Part shown: positions 18,585-28,718 of the stretch, in pieces
Numbering within the stretch: position 1 is the stretch's first letter
Layout of the letters: every line of letters begins with the position of its first letter
Assembly (NCBI GenBank): GCA_030753015.1
Contig: JASMDC010000016.1
Coordinates: 1-64,000, forward strand
DNA: 64,000 bases
Source of the DNA: Candidatus Undinarchaeales archaeon
GTDB taxonomy: Archaea > SpSt-1190 > JASMDC01
Direction: 5' to 3'
Translations under genes and position numbers: made by a program
The notes under the pieces: model-generated
What the model was told of the DNA's origin: nothing
Seen by the model: the letters and a program-made list of their open reading frames with translations, nothing else
Database searches by the model: none

Positions 18585-20123
18585 ATGAAAGGCGTTATCA
18601 GCTCCGGCCATCAGATCACAAGCGAGGTCGGTGCTCGGATTCTCAAGAACGGAGGGAATACCTTCGATGCCGCTGTCGCCGCATGCACCGCCAGCTGCAT
18701 TACGGAGCCCACCCTTACAAGCCTCGGCGGTGGTGGCTTCGCCATCGTCCACGACGGTCCTACTAGCGAGGATTGGATGCTTGACTTCTTTGTCGATATG
18801 CCCGGACTTGGAGGGGATGGCATCTCCATGGAAGGATTTGAGGATGTCACCGTCGACTTCGGTGGGAGCTTGGAGCACTACCACGCGGGCATCGGCTCGG
18901 CAACGCTTCCCGGGGTGCTCCCCGGGCTCCTCCACCTCCACGAAAGGGGAGGTACTCTTCCGCTGTGCGATGTCCTCGCTCCAGCGATCGAACTGGCAAA
19001 GCACGGGATCACGCTCACCCCGCATCAGGCCTCGTTCATCAAGCTCCTCTCGAACATCCTCGTCCTCACCCCCGAGAGCAGGAAGTTGTTCTTCTCGGAC
19101 GGTAGCCCGAAGTCCGCTGGAGAGCTCTTCGTCAATCCGGACACGGGGCGTTTCCTCGAACTTTTCACGCACGGTGACTGGCGAAGGACCCTTGAGGACG
19201 AGTTCTTCGGGAGAATCCTCGACCACATGGAACATGCTCCCGGGCTCATCACGTCCAAGGACGTTGAACACTATACTCCCCTTTATACAGAACCCCTCTC
19301 CGCCTCGTTCCTGGACCAGCAGCTCATATCCAATCCGCCACCATCAATCGGTGGTCTCCTCATCGCGTTCATCCTCAAGAGCATCGAACGACACGACCTG
19401 ACGTCCCTTGAGCGCCTTGGCCCCGAGTACATCACCTATTTCGCCAATGCGCAGATCGCGTCGGTCGCCATGCGGCGGGAGATGATGGACGGGCATATCC
19501 ACGACGAGGGCTTGGTCGAACGGGTGCTCGCGGCCGAGAGCATCGATCGTTTTACCAATGCGACACCCGTCACGAACAACTCCCCCATGCTCGGTAACAC
19601 GACCCATCTTTCTGTCACAGATGCGCATGGAACCGCGATAAGCCTCACCTCCTCCAACGGTGAGAACGCAGGCACCGTCATCCCCGGTACCGGCATCCAG
19701 TACAACAACATGCTCGGTGAGGGTGACCTCAATCCTGAAGGATGCCAGTCACATCCGGTGGGTAAAAGGCTTCCGTCATCCATGTCACCATCCATCGTCC
19801 TCCGCGATGGTAATGTGGTCGCGGTCCTTGGGAGCGGCGGCTCGGAACGCATCATCAGCGCCATCGCCCAGGTCATCCTCAACCACGTCGTGTTCGGGCT
19901 TGACGCCGCAAGTTCCGTGGAGGCCCCACGGGTCCACTACCACAGGGACATCCTCCAAATGGAACCCGGCTTCCCCGACACGACCATCAAGGCCCTCAGT
20001 AAACGGTTCGAAGTAAGTTCCTGGAAGGAGATGAACCTCTTCTTCGGAGGTGTCCATATGACCACGGGGAACACTGGTGGTGGCGATTCGAGACGAGCGG
20101 GTGCTGTTGTCCGTGTGGACTGA
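18585..20123 (+). CDS. ggt: Gamma-glutamyltransferase
   Basis: GGNTFDAAVA, SLGGGGF, PPPSIGG, NTTHLSV (Thr nucleophile), NNMLG, SSMSP, GSGGS, DSRR. Confidence 0.93.
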   Translation: MKGVISSGHQITSEVGARILKNGGNTFDAAVAACTASCITEPTLTSLGGGGFAIVHDGPTSEDWMLDFFVDMPGLGGDGISMEGFEDVTVDFGGSLEHYHAGIGSATLPGVLPGLLHLHERGGTLPLCDVLAPAIELAKHGITLTPHQASFIKLLSNILVLTPESRKLFFSDGSPKSAGELFVNPDTGRFLELFTHGDWRRTLEDEFFGRILDHMEHAPGLITSKDVEHYTPLYTEPLSASFLDQQLISNPPPSIGGLLIAFILKSIERHDLTSLERLGPEYITYFANAQIASVAMRREMMDGHIHDEGLVERVLAAESIDRFTNATPVTNNSPMLGNTTHLSVTDAHGTAISLTSSNGENAGTVIPGTGIQYNNMLGEGDLNPEGCQSHPVGKRLPSSMSPSIVLRDGNVVAVLGSGGSERIISAIAQVILNHVVFGLDAASSVEAPRVHYHRDILQMEPGFPDTTIKALSKRFEVSSWKEMNLFFGGVHMTTGNTGGGDSRRAGAVVRVD

Positions 20124-20170
20124 GCTCCCGTCGGCAAGGTTTATCAGATTGCGTACAATTCTCCCTATAC

Positions 20171-20833
20171 ATGAGAGTGGACGACCATTGCCTTACCATA
20201 GTGGGCCAAGGATTCGACTCGAACGTGCATGTCGTCCATGACGAGGGACATCATCTCATCATCGATGCAGGTACGGGGCGTTACCACGACCGCATCATGC
20301 GAGCACTGGACGAGGTGGGTGTGCGCCCCGGTAATGTCACAGCCATCCTAATCACCCATACGCACGCGGACCACGCCGGTGGAGTGAGCGCACTTCGGGA
20401 CGCGCTGGACACCGATGTGCTCTGCCATGAGGACGAGGCGGACTTCTTACGCGAGGGATCAGTCCCCGACCTCTTCGGGATGCTTGAAGGACCTGCGCAA
20501 TCAGTCGAGGTCATCGAGCTCACCGAGCATAAGGTGGTGAGGGTCGGCGGGCTCAGGTTCAAGGTGCTCCATACGCCCGGGCATAGCCCTGGATCGATTT
20601 GCCTTTTCGAAGAGAATGCAGGACTTCTTGTATCGGGTGACACCGTTTTCCCGGGCGGTTCCTTCGGTAGGACCGACCTCGATGGAGGCAACACCAAACA
20701 GCTGATCGATTCATTGAATCGACTGTCGAAGCTGGACGCAGAGGTCATGCTGCCCGGCCACATGCCATCTGTCCCGCGCGATGCCAAGTCCCAGATACAG
20801 GCATCCTACCGGAACGCTCGCTTGATGCGGTAG
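20171..20833 (+). CDS. MBL-fold metallo-hydrolase (glyoxalase II-like)
   Basis: THTHADH, HTPGHSPG, SGDTVF, GRTD, PGH. Confidence 0.92.
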   Translation: MRVDDHCLTIVGQGFDSNVHVVHDEGHHLIIDAGTGRYHDRIMRALDEVGVRPGNVTAILITHTHADHAGGVSALRDALDTDVLCHEDEADFLREGSVPDLFGMLEGPAQSVEVIELTEHKVVRVGGLRFKVLHTPGHSPGSICLFEENAGLLVSGDTVFPGGSFGRTDLDGGNTKQLIDSLNRLSKLDAEVMLPGHMPSVPRDAKSQIQASYRNARLMR

Positions 20834-20845
20834 TCCGGCCCAGGA

Positions 20846-21709
20846 TCAGAAGTAACCCGCATCGTTCAGGTAATCGACCGAACGCTCGAGCTCTTCTGCA
20901 CACTCATCGTACGAACCCTTGAGATGGATCTCAAGTGTATGTGTAGTATCCGGGAGCCTGCCGAGCTCCTCGATAGCACTTCGATAATCCTTCACTGCCC
21001 CGTGAGACGTTTCGGGTCCAAGGGGTGCGTGAGCGTCCGTATCACCATCGTTGTAGTGCAGGTGCGTGTGCACGATTTCTTCTCCATACCGTTCGATGAG
21101 GCTCTCTACATTCCTTCCTCGGATGTTGAAGTGCCCCAGATCGAGCGTCATACGTGCGTAGGACAGGTCAGGATTCGTGGATCGGTCACGTTCCACGAGC
21201 GCGAGTAGACGCTCCATATCGGTGCTACCTATGAAGTTGAGGTTCTCGAAGGCCACGATCACTCCTTTCTCAGCAGCGTAGGACGCGACCTCGCACACGG
21301 ATCGATAAGCAATGTCCAGACGTCCTCTGTCAGTGATGCCGAACGCCTCCTCCCATTCCGGATCGCAGAACTCATAGCCGGGATGAACGATGACTGTCCG
21401 TGCCCCGAGTTCGTTCGCCAGGTCTATGGCTTCATGTGTCTCGCGCAGACCTTTGTCGACCAGCGTCTGGTCCTCCGAAGAGAGGTTGTTCCACATGGGG
21501 GCGTGTATGCTGCCCACGTCAAGTCCTTGCTCATCGAACTGTTCCTTGTACTCGTTGATGTGGTCGCGGACCTCGTCAACGTGAACGGACGATATCTCGA
21601 GGCCCAGATGAAGTCCTTTTCGTTCGTTGAGCTCGTTCACTGCCCGGGCCGTTTCTTCAAGTGCCTTGTTGACGGCTCCTGATGAAACGTAAACATTATA
21701 CCGTCCCAC
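20846..21709 (-). CDS. Sugar phosphate isomerase/epimerase (AP endonuclease 2 TIM-barrel family)
   Basis: SIHAP, VHPG, FEN, LDLGH, HLHYNDG..DAH, LE. Confidence 0.85.
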   Translation of the reverse strand: MGRYNVYVSSGAVNKALEETARAVNELNERKGLHLGLEISSVHVDEVRDHINEYKEQFDEQGLDVGSIHAPMWNNLSSEDQTLVDKGLRETHEAIDLANELGARTVIVHPGYEFCDPEWEEAFGITDRGRLDIAYRSVCEVASYAAEKGVIVAFENLNFIGSTDMERLLALVERDRSTNPDLSYARMTLDLGHFNIRGRNVESLIERYGEEIVHTHLHYNDGDTDAHAPLGPETSHGAVKDYRSAIEELGRLPDTTHTLEIHLKGSYDECAEELERSVDYLNDAGYF

Positions 21710-21762
21710 TGGACCGTACCGCTTGGCCGTCGGTTCTTATAGCTTCCCTTTCCGCTGACCGA

Positions 21763-22596
21763 TCACTTGCATGTAAAGCTAGTTAGCGTCTTCTGACCCT
21801 TTGGTATAGATCCAAGACCGATATCCAACAATGACGCGAACTGTCGGCAGTTGGCCGGAGCGCTCCCACGCGGATGATTGTTGAAGTACCCAAGAACGAC
21901 CTCGGCCTCTGAGCACAGTGCTCGAATGGGATCGACCCACGTCGCCAGCTCATCGGGTGAGTAATGGTAGGTGTACCAGTGACGAGGATTCAGGCCATGC
22001 CACCGCACATAGGCAAGATCGGATGTCACCTCGGGTGCTGTCCTTAGCCCCGGCTCGTCCACAACACAAACCGCGGTGTTCCGACTGACGAGAACCTCCC
22101 TGACATCGGGGTGGAGCCTGCTTTCATCGTACCAGCTCTTATGGCGGAACTCTACAGCGAACCGTGGACTGGGCGGGATGAGGTCGAGGAACGTGGCCAG
22201 CGTATCGATGGATTTTCGTGTGAAGGAAGGCGGGAGCTGGACGAGCACAGCTGCCAATAATCCTGCATCCTCCAACGGTCCCATCCGGGCCATGTACTCC
22301 TCAAGGAGACCTTCGCATCCTTCCAGCCTATGCTCGTGTGTAATGCTTTGATGTAACTTGGCGGCGTATCGGAAGCCGTCCGGAGCACGATCACACCAGC
22401 GTGTTACCATGGAAGCTGCCGGCAGTCGATAGAAGGTCGAGTTCACCTCGACCGTGGGGAACACCCGAGCGTACAATGGAAGCATACGTGTCGGATCCGT
22501 CCCCTGAGGATAGAAAGGGCCGTTCCACTCACGGTAGCTCCACCCACTGCATCCAAGGAGGAGGTTCGAGGGCGCTGATTCGTCCTTGATGGACAC
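21763..22596 (-). CDS. DUF72 family protein
   Basis: GCSGWSY, VEVNSTFY, ITH, QLPPSF, AVEFRH, YVRWHG, YFNN; GTG start after GGAGG. Confidence 0.92.
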   Translation of the reverse strand: MSIKDESAPSNLLLGCSGWSYREWNGPFYPQGTDPTRMLPLYARVFPTVEVNSTFYRLPAASMVTRWCDRAPDGFRYAAKLHQSITHEHRLEGCEGLLEEYMARMGPLEDAGLLAAVLVQLPPSFTRKSIDTLATFLDLIPPSPRFAVEFRHKSWYDESRLHPDVREVLVSRNTAVCVVDEPGLRTAPEVTSDLAYVRWHGLNPRHWYTYHYSPDELATWVDPIRALCSEAEVVLGYFNNHPRGSAPANCRQFASLLDIGLGSIPKGQKTLTSFTCK

Positions 22597-22648
22597 GATG
22601 CCGCCTCCGAGGCAAAGCTTTATTACGCTAACCGCGGTCTCTTCGGCC

Positions 22649-23206
22649 ATGGCCCAGGACATCCTCGACCTCCTGAACGAGACCACCCTTCAGCTTCTCA
22701 TGACGCTGGACGGTGTCGGTGACCGGGGCGCCACACGATCCGACCTCCTGGTCACTGCTCTCCCCTCAACGACAGTCAGACGTTACCTTGAGCTCTTCTA
22801 CGAGCTGAGGATGGTCACCATGGTATCGAACGAAGGTACCGAACCTCGATACGTACTGGACCATGATAGCACCGTGCTCATTTTGCTCCTGGGTATTATC
22901 GAAGCGAACAACAACCGATTGTTCCTCAAGCGAACGAACGACGATTCCGAACAGGCCGCTCTTGCCGAGGACCTCGACACCATCTGTGCTGATGGTGCTA
23001 ACGATATAGTCATCTACAAGCCCTTGGAGAAGCGGTTCCTCGTCGTCAAGAGCTTCAAGCGAGCTGACGAATCATTCGCCTATATACCGCACCATCCAGT
23101 CTCGGTCGTGGACATGGACACCGTGCAAACAATAAGGGACAAGGTCCACATCATCAAGGGTTATCGCAAGGTCATCGCTGCTATGCTCCTCAATGAGGAA
23201 GAGTGA
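22649..23206 (+). CDS. Hypothetical protein with N-terminal winged HTH
   Basis: TRSDL...LPSTTVRRYLE.F..L.MV....PRY.L pattern. Confidence 0.55.
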   Translation: MAQDILDLLNETTLQLLMTLDGVGDRGATRSDLLVTALPSTTVRRYLELFYELRMVTMVSNEGTEPRYVLDHDSTVLILLLGIIEANNNRLFLKRTNDDSEQAALAEDLDTICADGANDIVIYKPLEKRFLVVKSFKRADESFAYIPHHPVSVVDMDTVQTIRDKVHIIKGYRKVIAAMLLNEEE

Positions 23207-23210
23207 TAGG

Positions 23211-24533
23211 ATGGACCTTATCGTCAAGGGAGGGCGTCTAGTAACTCCCCTCTCGGTTTTTGAGGGCGATATCGGTATCACTGACGGTCGCATAGAAAGG
23301 ATCGCGCGTAGCATCTCCGATAGTCCTGATGAGGTCCTCAATGCCAAGGGTATGCTGGTGTTTCCCGGGATGATCGACCCCCATGTCCACGTTCATGATC
23401 CCTTACCTCCGTTCATAGACAGGGAGGACTTCGGCTCGGCCACGGTGGCTGCAGCCTGCGGAGGTCTGACCACGATCATCGAGATGCCCACGGACACTCC
23501 GCTCCTAGAGTCTGCTGCGATCCGCGAGAAGATCGCGGCCGGCAAGGACCTGGCGAACATCGACTTCGCCCTTCATGCGGGGAATATGACACCAGATGCC
23601 ATCAGTTCCATCGGTGACATGGTACGAGAGGGTATCACTTCTTTCAAGGGATTCCTCAGCCCTCCTTACAAGCTCAATGACGGACAGGTGCTCGAGTTCC
23701 TCAGGGAGGTCGAGCGCCACGATTGCACCGCTCTCTTCCACTGCGAGAACGGGGAGATCATTGACAATGAGACCGAACTGCGTATGAAGGAGGGTGACGA
23801 CCCTGTGCTTCACAGCCTCGGTCGACCCAACATCGCAGAGGAGGAGGCTGTGGCCCGTATGTGCCGGTTCGCCAGTCACACGGACACTAAGCTCCACGTC
23901 GTGCACGTCTCTACACGCGAGGGTGCACAGGAGGTCGCTCGTTGGCGTTCGGATCACGCGGTCACCGGCGAGGTGTGCACACATCACCTCGTGTTCACTC
24001 GCGATGCCATGCATGAGCAGGGTCCATTCCTCAAGATGAATCCACCGCTGCGTGGAGTGGACGATGTCCATGCGCTGTGGACGGCACTTGCCGATGGCAC
24101 TCTCGATATGGTGGCGACCGACCACTTCTCCTGCTTCCGCAAGGAAAAGGAAGCGGGTATCTGGGAAGCGCCATCGGGTGTCCCCGGTATCGAGACAATG
24201 GTGCCTCTCGTGCTCTCTTTGGGCGTGAACGAGGGTCGCCTCACCCTCAGACGGGCGTGCGAGGTGCTATCAACAAACGCTGCGAAGGTGTTCGGTCTCT
24301 ACCCGAACAAGGGCTCGCTCCAGGTGGGGACCGACGCGGACCTCACAATCGTCGACCTCAAGGCCACCAAGCGCATCACCGCCGACGACCTCCACTACCG
24401 CGTCGGATGGACACCGTACGAGGGGATGACCGTTCGGGGCCTGCCCGTGGCCACGGTCGTCCGGGGGAAGATCGTGGCTAGGGACGGCGAGTTCATCGGT
24501 CGGAACGGACCAGCGGTCTACATTAAACGCTGA
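23211..24533 (+). CDS. Cyclic amidohydrolase (allantoinase/dihydroorotase/hydantoinase family)
   Basis: PGMIDPHVH, GGLTTIIEMP, SFK (carbamylated Lys), HCEN, HVS, KMNPPLR, TDH; lacks the HxHxR Arg of typical dihydroorotases. Confidence 0.88.
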   Translation: MDLIVKGGRLVTPLSVFEGDIGITDGRIERIARSISDSPDEVLNAKGMLVFPGMIDPHVHVHDPLPPFIDREDFGSATVAAACGGLTTIIEMPTDTPLLESAAIREKIAAGKDLANIDFALHAGNMTPDAISSIGDMVREGITSFKGFLSPPYKLNDGQVLEFLREVERHDCTALFHCENGEIIDNETELRMKEGDDPVLHSLGRPNIAEEEAVARMCRFASHTDTKLHVVHVSTREGAQEVARWRSDHAVTGEVCTHHLVFTRDAMHEQGPFLKMNPPLRGVDDVHALWTALADGTLDMVATDHFSCFRKEKEAGIWEAPSGVPGIETMVPLVLSLGVNEGRLTLRRACEVLSTNAAKVFGLYPNKGSLQVGTDADLTIVDLKATKRITADDLHYRVGWTPYEGMTVRGLPVATVVRGKIVARDGEFIGRNGPAVYIKR

Positions 24534-24536
24534 GCG

Positions 24537-25580
24537 TCACTCCCCCATCGAGAGGGTCCGAGCCCATTCCACGATTCGTTCCATCCCTTCCCGTGGTCCA
24601 ATCTTCGGAGTCCATCCGAGGGTGTCCCTGATACGGGAGAGGTCAGAGATGTACACCTTCTGGTCCGAAGGACGCCAGTCAGCGAACGACAGCTCGCTCT
24701 GTATCCCGGTGAGCTCCTTGAGGATGTCTAGAAGCTCAAGCAAAGATAGCGTATTGTCTGGCCCTCCTCCGGTATTGAAGACTCCCTGGCGGAGCGTACT
24801 GTTGTAGAACGCATCATACGCCTCCACGAGATCGGTGACATACAGAACGTCACGCACCTGCTTCCCGTCTCCAAAGATCGTCAGGGGCTGTCCACTGAGC
24901 GTTGCCAAGGTGAACCACATCACCCATCCCTGGTCAGCCACTCCGAGCTGTCGTGTCCCGTAGATGCACGACATGCGGAACACGCCTGTGCGTAGTCCGT
25001 AGAGGTGGCCATAATCCTGGACATAGAGGTCGCCGGTGAGCTTCGAGCAGCCGTAGGGCGTATGCTCGCATCGGTCGATAGAGAACACCTCGGTTATCCC
25101 GGCTCGGTCGGCGAAGCGGTATCGTGTGTCCTCCTCACTAACCGGGACAGTATTGACGTTGTCCCCGTACACCTTGTTGGTGGAGCAGTAGACAATAGCA
25201 GGATTGGAGTCCGAACGACGCGCTGCTTCAAGCACGTTGAATGTGCCCTGGGCGTTGACAGTGAAGTCCTGCCCGGGATCGGTGACAGAAGTCGTCACTG
25301 CCGTCTGTGCCGCAGTATGGACGATGAGGTCCACGTCCTGCATGAGCGGAAGCAGTGCTCCGAAATCACGGACGTCCTGCTTGATGAGCTTGACCGATGG
25401 GAAGTTACGCTCGAGATAATCATGATTGTAGATCGGATTCACTACGCTCTGGCGCTTGAGGAGCTCGGCTCGGGATAGGTTGTCCACGCAGACCACCTCT
25501 GCTCCCCTCTTAGCATAGAACTCAGCCACGTGGGAACCGATGAATCCCATGCCGCCGGTGACGAGTACCTTCATTGTCAT
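24537..25580 (-). CDS. NAD-dependent epimerase/dehydratase (CDP-paratose 2-epimerase-like)
   Basis: GGMGFIG, STNKVYG, YGCSK, FRMSCIYG, DQGWV, WRPSDQ. Confidence 0.9.
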   Translation of the reverse strand: MTMKVLVTGGMGFIGSHVAEFYAKRGAEVVCVDNLSRAELLKRQSVVNPIYNHDYLERNFPSVKLIKQDVRDFGALLPLMQDVDLIVHTAAQTAVTTSVTDPGQDFTVNAQGTFNVLEAARRSDSNPAIVYCSTNKVYGDNVNTVPVSEEDTRYRFADRAGITEVFSIDRCEHTPYGCSKLTGDLYVQDYGHLYGLRTGVFRMSCIYGTRQLGVADQGWVMWFTLATLSGQPLTIFGDGKQVRDVLYVTDLVEAYDAFYNSTLRQGVFNTGGGPDNTLSLLELLDILKELTGIQSELSFADWRPSDQKVYISDLSRIRDTLGWTPKIGPREGMERIVEWARTLSMGE

Positions 25581-25607
25581 ATTCTCCTTCATTCTAGCTC
25601 GATCACT

Positions 25608-26720
25608 CTAAATAAGACCCTTCTCCTCAAGCTCACGCTCGGCCTGGTCGAAACCGTCTTTCGCTTCGACATCAGCACCCCAGCCGACGAGGTCGCGCAT
25701 ACCGTCAGCAAGCCCAATGGAAGGCTCGAAACCGAGGGACCGAATACGCGACATATCCGCGTAGCAGTGGCGGACGTCCCCCTTTCGGAACTCCTCTGTG
25801 ATCCGTGGCCTCACGTCCGAACCATAGAGTTCTGCGAGGGTGCTAGCGATCTCTTTAATGGTCACGGGCGTACCGCTACCAACGTTGAACACCTTCCCGT
25901 TGGCTTCGGGGCGCTCCATGCACAGGAGATTTGCGCGGACCACATCGTGAACGGAGATGAAGTCACGTGTCTGGAGGCCGTCCTCGAAGATAACGACAGG
26001 ATTCCCGTTCTTGATACGTGAGGAGAATATCGCGCACACTCCTGTATAAGGATTCGAGAGCGACTGTCGAGGACCGTACACGTTGAAGAACCGAAGGGCC
26101 GTAGCTCCGAAACCATAGGTCCTTCCGAGCATGAGCACCATATGCTCTTGGTCACGCTTGCCTAGAGCGTACACCGAGTTAGGATGCTGCTGCGCGTCCT
26201 CAGGTGTGGGTATCGGGCGACAAGCACCACCACAAGATGGACATACAGGTTCCCATTGCTTGAGACGCATCTGCTCCTTTCCACGGAGCGGTGGTCTGAC
26301 GGTCCCACACCTGTCGCACGAGTACGCTCCCTCGCCGTACGTCGCCATCGACGAAGCGACGATGACCTTGCGCACGTCAGTCTCACGGTTGACGATCTCA
26401 TTCATGAGCACGGCCGTACCCAATGAGTTGGACCGTACATAGTGTCCTATACGGTACATCGACTGCCCTACACCGACCGCTGACGCAAAGTGGAAGACGA
26501 CCGAGACGCCGCCCAGTGATGCACGTACATCATCTGGCTCGCACACGTCACCGATTATGTACTCGGCCCCCGGATTTAGGTAATCCGGCTTCTTTCCACC
26601 ATGGACCTGTTCGTCCAGAGTATCGAGAACGCGTACAGTGTGCCCACCTGAGACCAAGGAGTCCACGAGGTGAGAGCCTATGAAGCCCGCTCCACCGGTG
26701 ACGAGGACATGCTCGCTCAT
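25608..26720 (-). CDS. NAD-dependent epimerase/dehydratase (extended SDR)
   Basis: GGAGFIGSH, AVGVGQSMY, YALGK, RFFNVYGP, NPYTGV; CxxC..CxxC insert. Confidence 0.9.
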   Translation of the reverse strand: MSEHVLVTGGAGFIGSHLVDSLVSGGHTVRVLDTLDEQVHGGKKPDYLNPGAEYIIGDVCEPDDVRASLGGVSVVFHFASAVGVGQSMYRIGHYVRSNSLGTAVLMNEIVNRETDVRKVIVASSMATYGEGAYSCDRCGTVRPPLRGKEQMRLKQWEPVCPSCGGACRPIPTPEDAQQHPNSVYALGKRDQEHMVLMLGRTYGFGATALRFFNVYGPRQSLSNPYTGVCAIFSSRIKNGNPVVIFEDGLQTRDFISVHDVVRANLLCMERPEANGKVFNVGSGTPVTIKEIASTLAELYGSDVRPRITEEFRKGDVRHCYADMSRIRSLGFEPSIGLADGMRDLVGWGADVEAKDGFDQAERELEEKGLI

Positions 26721-27634
26721 CGTCCTTCCCTCGAACACTTTCGGATGTAGCCACATGCCTTTGTCGCTGCGACAGCCCCCTGTGCGCAGGCCATCACCAC
26801 TTGTGCCCAGCGACCCGTTACATCCCCTGCAGCATAGAGCCCTTGCACGTTGGTGCTCTGGTTATCGTCGACGACGACGAAGGAGCGGTCCGTATCTGCT
26901 CCCAGTGAAGAGGCGATCTCGGTAGCGGGCATGGAGCCGACCTCGACGAACACGCCTTCCACTGCCAGCTCGCGAGTGCCGTCAGCGTCCTCTATGCTCA
27001 CTGCTTCGACGAGAGGATCTCCCTTGATGGAGGTGATCCTGCTACCCTCGAGCACCTCGACCTTCTCTTTGTCCAGTCGTGCCACGAGGGACTCGTCAGC
27101 GGAGATGGCCCCTGAAGAGATGAGGATCACATGAGAGGCGACCTCAGAAAGGAGAAGAGCAGCATCGACCGCACGGTTCCCATCGCCAGCGACGGCAACG
27201 GTCCGGTCGCGGAAGAGCGGACCGTCACAGGTCGCACAGTAGGAAACGCCCCGCCCACTCATTTCCTTCTCACCGGGTACACCTAGACGCTGGACCTCGG
27301 TACCCGTGGCCAGTACTAAAGATGTCGAACTGTGCTCCACACCCGAAGCGCACCGGACGGTGAAGCCATCATCGGACCGTGTCGCCTTGAGCACCTCGTC
27401 CACCTCGACTCCGACCTCGAACCCGCGCAGCTGTTTCTCCATGGTCTCCATGAGCTCTAGACCTGTAGTGGCGAGGACTCCCGGATAGTTCTCGATGAGA
27501 TGGGCAGTCGCTGCTGTTCCGCCAGGCGCCCTACCGATGACGAGGGTCTTCATGCGACGGCGTGCTGCGTAGATACCCGCAGCCATCCCAGCCGGGCCAA
27601 GTCCTATGACGATGAGGTCGTACCGCTCTCCCAT
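26717..27634 (-). CDS. trxB: Thioredoxin reductase family FAD-dependent oxidoreductase
   Basis: GLGPAG, IENYPG, GVSYCATCDG redox motif, AAGD. Confidence 0.9.
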   Translation of the reverse strand: MGERYDLIVIGLGPAGMAAGIYAARRRMKTLVIGRAPGGTAATAHLIENYPGVLATTGLELMETMEKQLRGFEVGVEVDEVLKATRSDDGFTVRCASGVEHSSTSLVLATGTEVQRLGVPGEKEMSGRGVSYCATCDGPLFRDRTVAVAGDGNRAVDAALLLSEVASHVILISSGAISADESLVARLDKEKVEVLEGSRITSIKGDPLVEAVSIEDADGTRELAVEGVFVEVGSMPATEIASSLGADTDRSFVVVDDNQSTNVQGLYAAGDVTGRWAQVVMACAQGAVAATKACGYIRKCSREGR

Positions 27635-27716
27635 GTGCACACGGGATTCGGTGAACGTTAAAAAACTAGGGTAGGCGCCCATCCAGATAGGCGAGGACGG
27701 GTCCGCCACCGGCCCA

Positions 27717-27745
27717 AGTTTTAAAAGGGATGGTGATGTTCTCCC
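27717..27745 (+). promoter_or_regulatory. Orphaned TATA box (TTTTAAAA) and RBS (GGTGA), probably the original promoter of the 29666 gene
   Basis: TTTTAAAAGGGATGGTGATGTTCTCCC abuts the element; removing the element puts ATG directly after it; similar to the AGGTGATGTTCT-ATG leader of htpX. Confidence 0.55.
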
Positions 27746-27747
27746 AT

Positions 27748-27768
27748 TCTCCTAAACCGCCATTTGTC
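27748..27768. repeat. Left terminal inverted repeat of the candidate element
   Basis: 16/21 match to the reverse complement of 29645-29665 (19/24 including flanking CAT/ATG). Confidence 0.7.
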
Positions 27769-27953
27769 ACATAGGTTATCTTCTTTCATTTTCAGTGACA
27801 TCGGCGCCGTGTCCTCTTCTTGAATGATATTGGACAAGCAGGAGCCACCACAACTTTCATGAAGTTGGATGAGCCCCTGCCGTCCGAGTTTGTCTCCGGG
27901 CAAGTATCCAGTAGTGTCGCAGCTGATAAAAGCATTTCGTTGGTCGATGGTCA

Positions 27954-28718
27954 TCATTCGTTTATCCCCCCATTCTCGTACTCCTCGTAGAGCTTCAGGT
28001 AGTCGCGGACGAGGGGTCGGCTCATCTCAAGTGTCCTGGCGATCTCCTTGAGTGTCATCCCCTTCCGTGCGAGCAGCCTCACACGTTTGTAATCCTTGAT
28101 GTACCGATCACACGACTCGATGGTGTGATCCGTTCTCTTTGAGATGTCGGGCGTCTGATATCCGTCGAGGTGGAGGCGGACGATGATGCTCTTGTGTGTG
28201 GTCGACCGACCAAGGTCATGAATGATGCCACGCGTCGGGACGATCTTGCCCTCGCGCTTCATGTAGCTCCTGACATAGTTGCCGACGGTGAATCTTGAGA
28301 TCTTCAGGATGGCCGCAACATCGTTCTGCGTGAGGAGGCCGCCTTGGTCGAAGGCGTCCTTGAAGAAGCGAACGATGCACCTCTCCCGGACCTCGTAGAT
28401 CGAGGCACCGGCCAAGAGCGCGTCTATGTCCTCCTTCGATACAAGCGTGAGCATCACAGGCACGCACCGCGTGTTCCTGGCGTTCTGTCCGTAGTACGGC
28501 TTGTCCCCCACACTGGCAGCGAGCCATGAGAATTGGCCCGGCATCCCCGGCTCCATGTCCTTGAGTTGCTTCTTGAAAACTCCCACGATATCCGAGGCGA
28601 ACATATCCTGCACCTTGCTCCCGGACACGAACGGATAGTCCTCGTTCAGAAGATTCACAACAGCCTGGTGGAGGCCATACTCTACCTTCAACCTCACGGC
28701 CTCGGAGACCTTACCCAT
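27954..28718 (-). CDS. DUF1670-like HTH protein B
   Basis: AFDQGGLLTQNDVA.IL, VPTRGIIHDLG.STTHK, RTDHTIESCDRYIKD; 8-bp overlap with gene A. Confidence 0.85.
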   Translation of the reverse strand: MGKVSEAVRLKVEYGLHQAVVNLLNEDYPFVSGSKVQDMFASDIVGVFKKQLKDMEPGMPGQFSWLAASVGDKPYYGQNARNTRCVPVMLTLVSKEDIDALLAGASIYEVRERCIVRFFKDAFDQGGLLTQNDVAAILKISRFTVGNYVRSYMKREGKIVPTRGIIHDLGRSTTHKSIIVRLHLDGYQTPDISKRTDHTIESCDRYIKDYKRVRLLARKGMTLKEIARTLEMSRPLVRDYLKLYEEYENGGINE

